Assembly: GCA_025060615.1 (NCBI GenBank)
Contig: JANXBS010000004.1
Location: forward strand, 5,400 to 69,399
DNA: 64,000 nt
Direction of reading: 5' to 3'
Source of the DNA: Anaerolineae bacterium
Lineage (GTDB): Bacteria; Chloroflexota; Anaerolineae; DUEN01
A model generated the notes under the pieces. That model did not search any database. It was not told where the DNA came from and was given only the letters and a program-made list of their open reading frames with translations. Positions 55,502 through 64,000 of this stretch are shown here, piece after piece (position 1 is the stretch's first letter; each line of letters opens with the position of its first letter). A program made the position numbers and the translations under genes.

Positions 55502-57388
55502 ATGGTTATGAATGAGCACCTGCTCCTACTGCCTATGCCTCAACGCCTGCACTGGCTGGGAGGCACGTACCAACTTCAGCCAGATCGCCTAATCTGGCTG
55601 GCCGGAGACCCTCCCAACGCGCTCCTACGCATCGGTCAGGCCGTCCAGGAAGCGCTGATGACCGTCGGACCCCGTTGGGAGCTGACCGCGGCACGCGGGG
55701 ATGACCTCAGCCGCATCGGCGTGATCATTCACGTAGACCCAGCTCAGGTACCTCAAGCCGAAGGATATCACCTGACGATCGCAGCCAACCAGATCCGTAT
55801 CGTGGCCCACGACGCCGCCGGCGCCTTCTACGCCGCGATGACCCTGCGACAGCTTGCCCGCCAATTCGCGGGGGCCGGCCAGCTCCCCTGCCTGCGCATC
55901 GAGGACTGGCCCGACTTTCCCCATCGGGGCGTCATGCTCGACATCAGCCGCGACAAGGTCCCTACCATGGAGACGCTGTATGCGCTGGTGGACATGCTGG
56001 CCGAGTGGAAGATCAACCAGTTCCAGCTTTACACCGAGCACACCTTCGCCTATCGCAACCACCGGGAGGTGTGGGAGAAGGCCTCACCCATGACCGGCGA
56101 GCAAATCATGGCCCTCGACGCGTACGCTCTCGAACGTTATGTCGAGTTAGTGCCCAATCAGAACTCGTTCGGGCATATGCACCGCTGGCTCATCCACGAG
56201 CGCTATCGGCATCTGGCCGAGGCGCCGAGCGGCTGGGTGTCGCCTTGGGGCACGCGATACGAGGAGCCCTTCAGCCTCTGCCCGCTAGATCCTGGTTCGC
56301 TCGCGCTGTTGCGCGAGCTATACGATGAGCTGCTGCCCCACTTTTCTAGCCGCCAGTTCAACGTCGGCTGTGACGAGACTTTCGATCTGGGACAGGGCCG
56401 GAGCAAGCAGGCGTGCGAGGAGCGGGGGACTGGGCGCGTCTACCTGGATTTCCTGCTCAAGATCCATGATTTAGTCCAGCGCCGGGGCCGGACAATGCAG
56501 TTCTGGGGCGATATCATCATGCAACACCCCGAGCTCATCTCCGAGCTGCCGGAGGGCATTATCGCGCTCGAATGGGGCTATGAGGCCGATCATCCCTTCG
56601 CCGCCGATGGCGAGAAGTTCGCGGCGGCCGGCGTCCCCTTCTACGTTTGTCCTGGCACGTCGAGCTGGAACACCATCGCCGGGCGCACCGAGAATGCGCT
56701 GGGCAACCTATGGAACGCGGCGGAGAACGGGCTCGCCCACGGCGCCATCGGCTACCTCAATACCGACTGGGGCGACAACGGCCATTGGCAACCATTGCCG
56801 GTCTCCTTCCTGGGCTTCGCCTACGGTGCGGCGGTGAGCTGGGCCGCCCGAGCCAATCGAGACATAGACCTGCCGCGAGCATTGGACCTGCACGCATTTC
56901 GGGATGCCGCCGGCGTGATGGGACGGCTAGCCTACGACCTGGGCAACGCGTATCGAGAGACTGGCGTGTTGATTCACAACAGCTCGGCACTGGCTCGGAT
57001 TTTGCGCGAGCCAGAACGTCCGGTGGAAGATGGCCACCTAATCGGGTTAACGGTGGAGAAGCTCGAGCACACCCGTTCCTACATTAACCAGGTGATGGCG
57101 CGCCTGCCCGAGGCGCGTATGGCTCGCCCGGATGCCGCGCAGATCGCCGACGAATTCCGCAACGCTGCGGCCCTGCTCCAGCATGCCTGCAAACTGGGGA
57201 TCGCCCGTCTGCAGGCAGACGGCGGCGAGATCGCCCGTATCCCTGCCCAGGTACGACAGGGACTAGCTGAGGAACTGAGGGAGATCATCGCTGAGTATCG
57301 GCGGCTGTGGCTGGCCCGCAACCGACCGGGCGGGCTGGACGATAGCGCAGGCCGCCTAGAGCGGCTGTTGAGCTTCTATTCGGCATAA
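55502..57388 (+). CDS. Glycoside hydrolase family 20 (beta-N-acetylhexosaminidase)
   Basis: IEDWPDFPHRGVMLDISR, NSFGH, VGCDE catalytic pair, FWGD, TDWGD. Confidence 0.92.
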   Translation: MVMNEHLLLLPMPQRLHWLGGTYQLQPDRLIWLAGDPPNALLRIGQAVQEALMTVGPRWELTAARGDDLSRIGVIIHVDPAQVPQAEGYHLTIAANQIRIVAHDAAGAFYAAMTLRQLARQFAGAGQLPCLRIEDWPDFPHRGVMLDISRDKVPTMETLYALVDMLAEWKINQFQLYTEHTFAYRNHREVWEKASPMTGEQIMALDAYALERYVELVPNQNSFGHMHRWLIHERYRHLAEAPSGWVSPWGTRYEEPFSLCPLDPGSLALLRELYDELLPHFSSRQFNVGCDETFDLGQGRSKQACEERGTGRVYLDFLLKIHDLVQRRGRTMQFWGDIIMQHPELISELPEGIIALEWGYEADHPFAADGEKFAAAGVPFYVCPGTSSWNTIAGRTENALGNLWNAAENGLAHGAIGYLNTDWGDNGHWQPLPVSFLGFAYGAAVSWAARANRDIDLPRALDLHAFRDAAGVMGRLAYDLGNAYRETGVLIHNSSALARILREPERPVEDGHLIGLTVEKLEHTRSYINQVMARLPEARMARPDAAQIADEFRNAAALLQHACKLGIARLQADGGEIARIPAQVRQGLAEELREIIAEYRRLWLARNRPGGLDDSAGRLERLLSFYSA

Positions 57389-57477
57389 TAGCAAGCGAAG
57401 ACGACCGCTCGCAGGACGCCTACGAGCGCCTGTTTTAGAGGGACGTGTGGCGACACACCTCGAAGTCTTGAAGCTCG

Positions 57478-58791
57478 ATGATCAAACAACGAATCGGCCA
57501 GGTGATAGCCTTTGCGCTGATCTGCGCGGTGGCCGCGACGGTGATCGTAATGCAGACCCCAGCCGGCCGTGCCGCTTATCACGTGGCCGACTTCCGCATC
57601 CGTCGCTGGCAGATCCAGCAGTGGGGTCGGCCGGCGATTCCGCCTGAGCAGCGTGGCGGCCTGGCCGGACGGGTCGTCGGGCCTGATGGACAACCGCTCT
57701 CGGGCGCCGTTGTGCTAGTCGCCGAGGCAACAGGCGAAACCCACTATGACTACACCGATCTCGACGGCCGTTACGAGATCACCGGCGCGCCGGCGGGGCG
57801 GTATGTGCCGCTGGCCGCCGCTTGGGGCTATCGGCCACAAGCGCGGCCAGCCATCCGCGTGCGGCCAGGAGCCATCCTGGAGCCGATTGACTTCAGCCTC
57901 GAGCCCCGCCGGCCGTTTTCAGCCCCCACCACAATACCTGTGACCATTACCGAGCGCACCGTTGTGACGGGCACGTTCCCATCGCCCGATGTGCAGGCAG
58001 AGCGAATCGGCTTTCGCTTTTTCCGAGCCGGGGTCGAGGTAGCCGTGGACCAGGTCTTTCAGCCAGTGGGGCAGCGCTCCCCTGGCCCCACTCTGGTGAT
58101 GGCCTTTCCCAGCCACGAGCCGCATTGGGATCCTCCGGCCATCGCTTTCGCCAGCCAGGGGTTCACCGTCCTTTCAGTCAAGCCCGTCATGGCGCATGGA
58201 TGGCTGGACATTCAGGCCCACGCGGAGGATCTCCAAGCAGCAGTAACGCTGCTGACCTCGGGTGCTCTCACGCCAGCGGCGGATCCCCAGCGGATGGCGT
58301 GGCTAGCCGGAAGCTTTAGCACCTTATTCATGTATCTCGTGTTGCCTGATCACCCTGAGGTGAGGGCGGTTATCACGGTAGGTGGGATCAGCGACGCCTT
58401 CTTAGGCGTGGAGGCCCTGTATGAGGAGTCGCTGGAGATACCGGAGCGTTTCCGGCTGGCGGTGGCATCGTTGGGCCGGCCTGATCGCGATCCGGCTTTC
58501 TTTATGCAGTACTCGCCGGCGTTTTTCGCCGCGCACATGCCGCCCACGCTGGTCGTGCACACGCCAGTGGATCGGGTTATCCCGTATAACCAATCGGTGC
58601 GCTTTGCCCAGGCACTGGCAAATGCCGGCATCCCTCACGAGCTCATCTTATATCAGGACACCACGCACTACCTAAACGCGGCCAACCCATCTCCTGAAGG
58701 AATCGCTGTGTTCTGGCGCATGATTGAATTCCTGACCCAAACCCTCTCCCCGATCTCTAGCCCTAGAGATGAAGCCCAGACCGCCCCATAG
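57478..58791 (+). CDS. Membrane-anchored carboxypeptidase-regulatory-like domain + alpha/beta hydrolase
   Basis: N-terminal TM helix, GRVVGPDGQPLSGAVV...TDLDGRY, DPQRMAWLAGSFS, PPTLVVH...DRVIPYNQS, THY. Confidence 0.8.
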   Translation: MIKQRIGQVIAFALICAVAATVIVMQTPAGRAAYHVADFRIRRWQIQQWGRPAIPPEQRGGLAGRVVGPDGQPLSGAVVLVAEATGETHYDYTDLDGRYEITGAPAGRYVPLAAAWGYRPQARPAIRVRPGAILEPIDFSLEPRRPFSAPTTIPVTITERTVVTGTFPSPDVQAERIGFRFFRAGVEVAVDQVFQPVGQRSPGPTLVMAFPSHEPHWDPPAIAFASQGFTVLSVKPVMAHGWLDIQAHAEDLQAAVTLLTSGALTPAADPQRMAWLAGSFSTLFMYLVLPDHPEVRAVITVGGISDAFLGVEALYEESLEIPERFRLAVASLGRPDRDPAFFMQYSPAFFAAHMPPTLVVHTPVDRVIPYNQSVRFAQALANAGIPHELILYQDTTHYLNAANPSPEGIAVFWRMIEFLTQTLSPISSPRDEAQTAP

Positions 58792-58811
58792 ATTTAAGCC
58801 AAGGTCATGAG

Positions 58812-58880
58812 CCCCCCTTCCCTGTCCCTATGGGATGGGGGAGGAAAGGGTAAGGAAAGGTAGGGGCAGGTTGCCCCTAC
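58812..58880. repeat. REP-like purine/pyrimidine palindromes
   Basis: ccccccttccctgtcccta-tgggatgggggagg and gtaggggca-ggt-tgcccctac hairpins. Confidence 0.45.
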
Positions 58881-58942
58881 CCAGCTCATCGGGTATAATT
58901 TTATGGCTTTATGACAAATGTGAGCGCAGTTGGGATAACTGC

Positions 58943-60751
58943 ATGATGATGGATTTGAAACACATCCGCAATTTCTGCATTATCGCCCATATTGACCACG
59001 GCAAGTCCACCTTAGCCGACCGGCTCTTACAGCTGACCGGGACCGTCAGCGAACGCGAAATGAAAGATCAACTGCTCGACGATATGGAGCTAGAACGGGA
59101 GAAAGGGGTTACCATCAAGGCCTCAGCCGTGCGGATGCTGTACACCCATACTGATGGGGAGACTTATGAGCTGAACCTGATTGATACACCGGGCCATGTG
59201 GACTTCTCCTACGAGGTCTCGCGAGCGCTCGCCGCGTGCGAGGGAGCGATCCTGGTGGTGGATGCGTCGCAAGGCATCGAGGCGCAGACGTTGGCAAACC
59301 TCTATCTGGCCCTGGAACATGACCTGGAGATTATCCCCGTGGTCAACAAGATCGACCTTCCCGTCGCCCAGCCGGACGCGGTAGCCCACGAGGTCGCAGA
59401 GCTATTGGGCGTGGACCCCGATACGGTCCTTCGAGTCTCTGCCAAAGAGGGCACGAACGTCGAGCAGGTGTTACAAGCCGTAGTCCGTCAGGTCCCACCG
59501 CCCCAAGGTGATCCAGAAGCGCCGCTGCGCGCGCTCATCTTCGACTCACATTATGACCCATATAAGGGGGTAGTAGCCTATGTACGGGTGATGGACGGCT
59601 GTGTAGCGACTAACCAGCCGCTTCGTCTGATGTCCACTGGGGCGGAGACCTTGCCGCTGGAGATCGGAGTGTTCACGCCGGCCATGCGTCCCACCGGCGA
59701 GCTGCGCGCGGGCGAGGTCGGCTACATCGCCACTGGCCTCAAGACGATCCGCGAGTGCCGCGTGGGCGATACCATTACTTTGGCAGCTCGTCCAGCAGCC
59801 GAGCCGCTTCCGGGCTATCGGCCTATGAAGCCGATGGTCTTCGCCTCGGCCTATCCCTCTGAGGGCGAGGACTACAATCTGCTACGTGAGGCATTGGAAA
59901 AGCTACAGCTCAATGACGCCTCGCTAGTCTTCCAGCCAGAGACCTCCCAGGCGCTGGGATTTGGCTTTCGCTGCGGCTTCCTAGGCATGTTCCACATGGA
60001 AATCGTACAAGAACGGCTGGAACGGGAGTACGGCCTCGACATCGTCTTTACAGCGCCGTCAGTTGAGTATCGCGTGGTCAAGACCAACGGCGAGACCATC
60101 CTCGTGGACAGCCCGGCTGAGTTACCGCCGGAGAACGAGATCAAAGAGATCGCCGAGCCCTGGGTGGAGATCTCGATCTTCACGCCGGCCGAGTTCATCG
60201 GCTCAGTGATGGAATTGGTCACGCGACGGCGTGGAGAGTTCAAGAATCAGGAATATCTAGATGAGCGACGGGTCCTGCTAACGTACAAAATCCCGCTTAG
60301 CGAGATCCTAGTGGACTTCTACAATGAGCTCAAGGCACGCACGCGCGGCTACGCCTCGCTCGACTATCACTTCGATGGTTATCGGCCGGCGGACTTGGTG
60401 CGACTGGATGTGCTGGTCAACGAACAGCCGGTGGACGCGCTCTCCATGATCGTACACCGAGATCAGGCATATCAGAAGGGGCAGCGGCTGGTCTCCAAGA
60501 TGAAAGAAGTGATCCCTCGCCAGTTGTTTACCGTGCCGATCCAGGCGGCCATTGGGAAGCGGGTGATCTCCCGCGCCAACGTCAAGGCGCTGCGCAAGGA
60601 TGTGCTAGCCAAATGCTACGGCGGCGACGTCACTCGCAAGCGGAAGCTTCTGGAAAAGCAGAAAGAGGGGAAGAAGCGGATGAAGAAGATCGGCCACGTG
60701 GAGATCCCGCAAGAGGCGTTTTTCACCGTATTGCGACTGGAAGAGGAGTGA
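58943..60751 (+). CDS. lepA: Elongation factor 4
   Basis: [63 protein letters not shown]. Confidence 0.98.
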   Translation: MMMDLKHIRNFCIIAHIDHGKSTLADRLLQLTGTVSEREMKDQLLDDMELEREKGVTIKASAVRMLYTHTDGETYELNLIDTPGHVDFSYEVSRALAACEGAILVVDASQGIEAQTLANLYLALEHDLEIIPVVNKIDLPVAQPDAVAHEVAELLGVDPDTVLRVSAKEGTNVEQVLQAVVRQVPPPQGDPEAPLRALIFDSHYDPYKGVVAYVRVMDGCVATNQPLRLMSTGAETLPLEIGVFTPAMRPTGELRAGEVGYIATGLKTIRECRVGDTITLAARPAAEPLPGYRPMKPMVFASAYPSEGEDYNLLREALEKLQLNDASLVFQPETSQALGFGFRCGFLGMFHMEIVQERLEREYGLDIVFTAPSVEYRVVKTNGETILVDSPAELPPENEIKEIAEPWVEISIFTPAEFIGSVMELVTRRRGEFKNQEYLDERRVLLTYKIPLSEILVDFYNELKARTRGYASLDYHFDGYRPADLVRLDVLVNEQPVDALSMIVHRDQAYQKGQRLVSKMKEVIPRQLFTVPIQAAIGKRVISRANVKALRKDVLAKCYGGDVTRKRKLLEKQKEGKKRMKKIGHVEIPQEAFFTVLRLEEE

Positions 60752-60757
60752 ACAGCA

Positions 60758-61321
60758 ATGAAGAAGTTCGTCACCGCCCCTTCCGAGGCCAGGCTGATCA
60801 CCGGTGAGGAATTGCTAGCGATGGGCGACATCGGCCCATGTGAGCTGATAGATGGGAGGATCGTGCCGATGGCGCCAGCTGGGATCCAACATGGAACCAT
60901 CGAACTGAACCTTGGATCCGCCCTGAAGCAATTCGTCCAGCAGCGAGAATTGGGCTGGGTAGCAGCAGGGGAGGTGGGTATCTACACGCGGCGCAACCCC
61001 GATCGTGTCCGCGGTGCCGATCTCGTGTTCATCTCCAAAGGGCGCCTATCTAGTGGCCTGCCTCAAGGCTTCCTAGAGATAGCCCCCGAGCTGATCGTGG
61101 AGATCCTGTCGCCGGAGGATCGCTGGCAAAACGTGCGACAAAAGATCGAGGAGTACTTCGCTATCGGCGTAGAACGGGTATGGGTGGTTGATCCCGAGAA
61201 TCGAGCCGTGCTGGTGTACCGCTCGAACACCGAGATGCGCCAACTCGGCGAAGGGGACATCTTGAAGGGCGAAGGGATCTTGGAGGGGTTTACGCTGCCG
61301 GTAGCCAGCCTGTTTCAGTAG
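60758..61321 (+). CDS. Uma2-family (DUF820) endonuclease-like protein
   Basis: [38 protein letters not shown]. Confidence 0.92.
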   Translation: MKKFVTAPSEARLITGEELLAMGDIGPCELIDGRIVPMAPAGIQHGTIELNLGSALKQFVQQRELGWVAAGEVGIYTRRNPDRVRGADLVFISKGRLSSGLPQGFLEIAPELIVEILSPEDRWQNVRQKIEEYFAIGVERVWVVDPENRAVLVYRSNTEMRQLGEGDILKGEGILEGFTLPVASLFQ

Positions 61322-61359
61322 CGAGAGCACAAAGCGCTTAGATGTCATTAGGGCGTCCG

Positions 61360-61871
61360 CCGACTCTGATCGGCATGGCCACTCTCGTCTGGGAGATCTG
61401 AGAACAGATGGGCGGCTGTGGACCTGACTGGCTGATCGCGCTGGTGGGACAGGGCACGCTTTTGTTGCGAGCCTGGCGCGGCCTCCAAGCACTGGTAAAA
61501 GCCGATCTGCTCGAGCAGCCATCCAGGCTAGTAGCCGTTCAGGCTGAACGATGCGCCCCTCAGCGATAGCCTGGGCCGCTGAACAATAGGAGGCCGTGGC
61601 TGCCCTATCACAGCTTACCATCGCTGAAGGGAGCGCTATCCCAAAGCCGATTCGCAGCCGTGCTTTACTGCAAGCGCTACAGGAGAGCTGCGGGCTTATC
61701 TTCGCCGTGACAGAAGAGGAGATCGCTCAGGCGCAAACTCGCCTCGCCCGCGCTGATTGGTATGTTGAGTCGACCTCCGCTGTTGCGGCAGCCGCATTAT
61801 CTCAGGTTCAGCCACATATCTCCCCTGGCGAGAGAGTGGTGGTAGTGCTCACCAGGTCGGGATTGAAAAGC
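61360..61871 (+). pseudogene. thrC: Threonine synthase remnant
   Basis: GMATLVWEI*EQMG...PDWLIALVGQGTLL...RLVAVQAERCAP, then a frameshift into TIAEGSAI...YVESTSAVA...VVVVLTRSGLK. Internal TGA at 61399; the N-terminal half is absent. Confidence 0.85.
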
Positions 61872-61990
61872 CCCCACGGTATTCATTCATTGATTTCAGG
61901 TAAAATCCACATTTTTTATAAGGCTTGGCAAGTCCACGTATGAGAGCACACGTCCTTATCCCCCACGAACTGAACAAAGGGGGATTAACT

Positions 61991-62731
61991 TTGACCCACA
62001 TCATGGGATTATTGGAACAATTCGAGGCCGATACCGGCCTTCATTTCTCCGATAAAACGCTGTTGCAGCGCGCTTTGACCCATCGCTCCGTGGTGAATGA
62101 AGTTCCAGAGTTCCCCTTGTCGGATAACGAACGCCTGGAATTCCTGGGTGATGCGGTGCTGGACTTCCTGGTGGCAGAGTTTTTGTATCATCGCTTCCCG
62201 GAACAACGGGAAGGGCCGTTAACTAGCATGCGGGCCGCCCTGGTGCGTCGGGACACATTGGCCCGTTTCGCACAGCAGATGAATCTGGGCCGTTACTTGC
62301 TGATGGGGCGCGGTGAAGAGGAATCTGGGGGACGACGAAGGCCAGCCACCCTCTGCGCGGCGTTTGAGGCCCTAGTGGGAGCGATTTACCTGGATCAGGG
62401 ATTGGAGGCAGTAGAGGCCTTCATCCGACCTCTTATCGAGCCCGAATTAGACCATGTACTGCAGGAGGCACTTGACAAGGACGCCAAAAGCCGGCTACAG
62501 GAGTGGAGCCAGGCTTATCTGCAGGCCACCCCGACATACAAAACCGTGGGCGAACGCGGCCCAGACCACGCTAAGGAGTTCACCGTCCAGGTGATAATCA
62601 AGGGTGTCGTTTACGGAGAGGGTACTGGGCACAGCAAACAACTAGCCGCACAGGCAGCTGCCAAGGCTGCGCTGGAACTGCTCACGCGCTTATATGCCGA
62701 GGGAAAGTTGCCAGGGGTGGCAGAGGGCTAA
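61991..62731 (+). CDS. rnc: Ribonuclease III
   Basis: ALTHRS, NERLEFLGDAVL, FEALVGAIYLD, C-terminal dsRBD (DAKSRLQE, GPDH). Confidence 0.97.
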   Translation: MTHIMGLLEQFEADTGLHFSDKTLLQRALTHRSVVNEVPEFPLSDNERLEFLGDAVLDFLVAEFLYHRFPEQREGPLTSMRAALVRRDTLARFAQQMNLGRYLLMGRGEEESGGRRRPATLCAAFEALVGAIYLDQGLEAVEAFIRPLIEPELDHVLQEALDKDAKSRLQEWSQAYLQATPTYKTVGERGPDHAKEFTVQVIIKGVVYGEGTGHSKQLAAQAAAKAALELLTRLYAEGKLPGVAEG

Positions 62732-62839
62732 CCGATTCATCCCTTACGCTTGATGAGTGGCAAAAGGGTTATAGACGACGACACGTTATCGTGCTATACT
62801 TGATTGGAAATCGAATCTCATCATCAGGGGGCGGCGATC

Positions 62840-63289
62840 ATGGCGGCGGAACGAAAATGGCGGATCCTCTACGTCGAAGATCAGCCGGAGATGATAGATC
62901 TCATCGAGCTAGCCTTCCGGCAACGGCCAGTCGAAATTGTACGAGCCACGAGCGCGCCCCAGGCCATTGAGCTCCTTCATCGGTCGCCTCCAGATTTGGT
63001 GTTTTTGGACCTGATGATGCCAGAGGTGGATGGCTGGCGTGTCCACCAAGAGATCGTAGAGAATCCCATGCTCCGACATATCCCCATCATTGTGATCACA
63101 GCCCGAGGCAACCCCGAGGAGCGCGAGAAGGGGTTGCGTATGCAAGGGATCGTGGATTACTTCATCAAGCCGTTCTCCCCCTCTGCCTTGCTGGCTAGCG
63201 TGGATCGGGTGCTAGCCGGGCTTTCAGCTCAGAGGGGGATGGTATCCCTTACCTCCGACTCGGACCAGGAAGAGAACGATGCCGCCTAA
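62840..63289 (+). CDS. Single-domain response regulator
   Basis: ILYVED, PDLVFLDLMMPEVDG, VITA, YFIKPF. Confidence 0.92.
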   Translation: MAAERKWRILYVEDQPEMIDLIELAFRQRPVEIVRATSAPQAIELLHRSPPDLVFLDLMMPEVDGWRVHQEIVENPMLRHIPIIVITARGNPEEREKGLRMQGIVDYFIKPFSPSALLASVDRVLAGLSAQRGMVSLTSDSDQEENDAA

Positions 63290-63746
63290 CGCTCTGAAAA
63301 TCGGCCTTCTTGCGCTTGGGCTGGGCGTAGGATTAGGGATATTCTCGGTCATCCCCCTGGTAGGCTGCCTGGCGCTTCCGCTGTCCTGGGTTCTATATGT
63401 GGCGATGGGCATTGTAGCAGCGCTTCAGTTGCCGGCACCACGACAGGCCGGGCCGGGCGCGGGAGCCGGCGCCATCGCTGGCGCGCTGGCTGGCCTGGGC
63501 TATGGAGCCGTGAACATGATCGCCACCCCGATCCTGTTCTCCCTGATGGGCGGGGCTGAAGCCGCCGTGCAAAGCCTTCCCCCTCCGCTTTTGGAGCTGT
63601 ACCGCCAGGCGGGGTTAGACCCTCGGCAATTCCTTTCCCCGTTGGTAATCACCGCCAGCGCCGGGCTGTGTTGCATCAGCAATTTCGTCTTCGCCGCTAT
63701 CTTCGGCGCCGTCAGTGGCGCCATCACCGCCGCAAGCGCACGATAG
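63279..63746 (+). CDS. Gly/Ala-rich membrane protein
   Basis: About 4 hydrophobic helices; overlaps the response regulator stop. Confidence 0.7.
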   Translation: MPPNALKIGLLALGLGVGLGIFSVIPLVGCLALPLSWVLYVAMGIVAALQLPAPRQAGPGAGAGAIAGALAGLGYGAVNMIATPILFSLMGGAEAAVQSLPPPLLELYRQAGLDPRQFLSPLVITASAGLCCISNFVFAAIFGAVSGAITAASAR

Positions 63747-63834
63747 CTCCGCAAATTTACCATCCCCGAGGCACTGGGTAACAACGAAACGGTTGTTGGC
63801 TGGCCCACGCGTCCCATGCACCGGCAATAGGGAC

Positions 63835-63878
63835 TTGACATGGAAAACGTTTTCCAGTATAATGGAAAACGATTACCG
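63835..63878 (+). promoter_or_regulatory. Consensus promoter with LacI-type operators
   Basis: TTGACA-17 bp-TATAAT whose spacer contains the perfect palindrome tggaaaacgttttcca; a second copy tggaaaacgattaccg lies at 63863. Confidence 0.9.
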
Positions 63879-63904
63879 CACTGATCCCTCAAAGGAGGTC
63901 TCCT

Positions 63905-64000
63905 GTGCCCGTTTCGCTCGCCGATGTAGCCAAAGCCGCTGGCGTCTCCAGCGCAACGGCCTCTCGGGTCCTCAATGGGAGCAACCACCCCGTCGCCGAG
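63905..64000 (+). CDS. LacI-family transcriptional regulator (partial, runs off window end)
   Basis: AAGGAGG RBS; MPVSLADVAKAAGVSSATASRVLNG is the LacI HTH. Confidence 0.92.
   Translation, partial: MPVSLADVAKAAGVSSATASRVLNGSNHPVAE

Noticed and set aside
61596..61943. Stand-alone 115-aa gene
   Set aside because: It is the frameshifted 3' part of the thrC pseudogene.

Overview
A gene-dense, GC-rich bacterial chromosomal segment. Its many Pro/Thr-rich surface proteins, archaeal-type Asd and translin homologue suggest a Chloroflexota (Anaerolineae-like) genome; this is an inference, not a database result. Most genes are housekeeping: glyA (partial), the aspartate-family cluster (aspartokinase, homoserine dehydrogenase, asd), SAM-I-riboswitch-controlled metY-metX-metW, mutY, mfd, pth, glnA, maeB, mtaB, acnA, metG, tRNA-Gln, lepA, rnc and the start of a LacI regulator. 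There is no CRISPR array, transposase or integrase. Main highlights: (1) a likely operon of translin, a small membrane protein carrying the N-terminal part of a Cas4 nuclease, an L,D-transpeptidase, and a membrane protein carrying the rest of Cas4, i.e. a split, doubly membrane-anchored Cas4-like Fe-S nuclease; (2) an apparently circularly permuted HAD phosphatase paired with DUF1015 between asd and glyA; (3) a structured ~90-150 nt element repeated upstream of metX and glnA; (4) a SAM-I riboswitch with a very long P3 and a second downstream terminator-like hairpin; (5) two pseudogene scars (thrC and a metal ABC permease beside tRNA-Gln).
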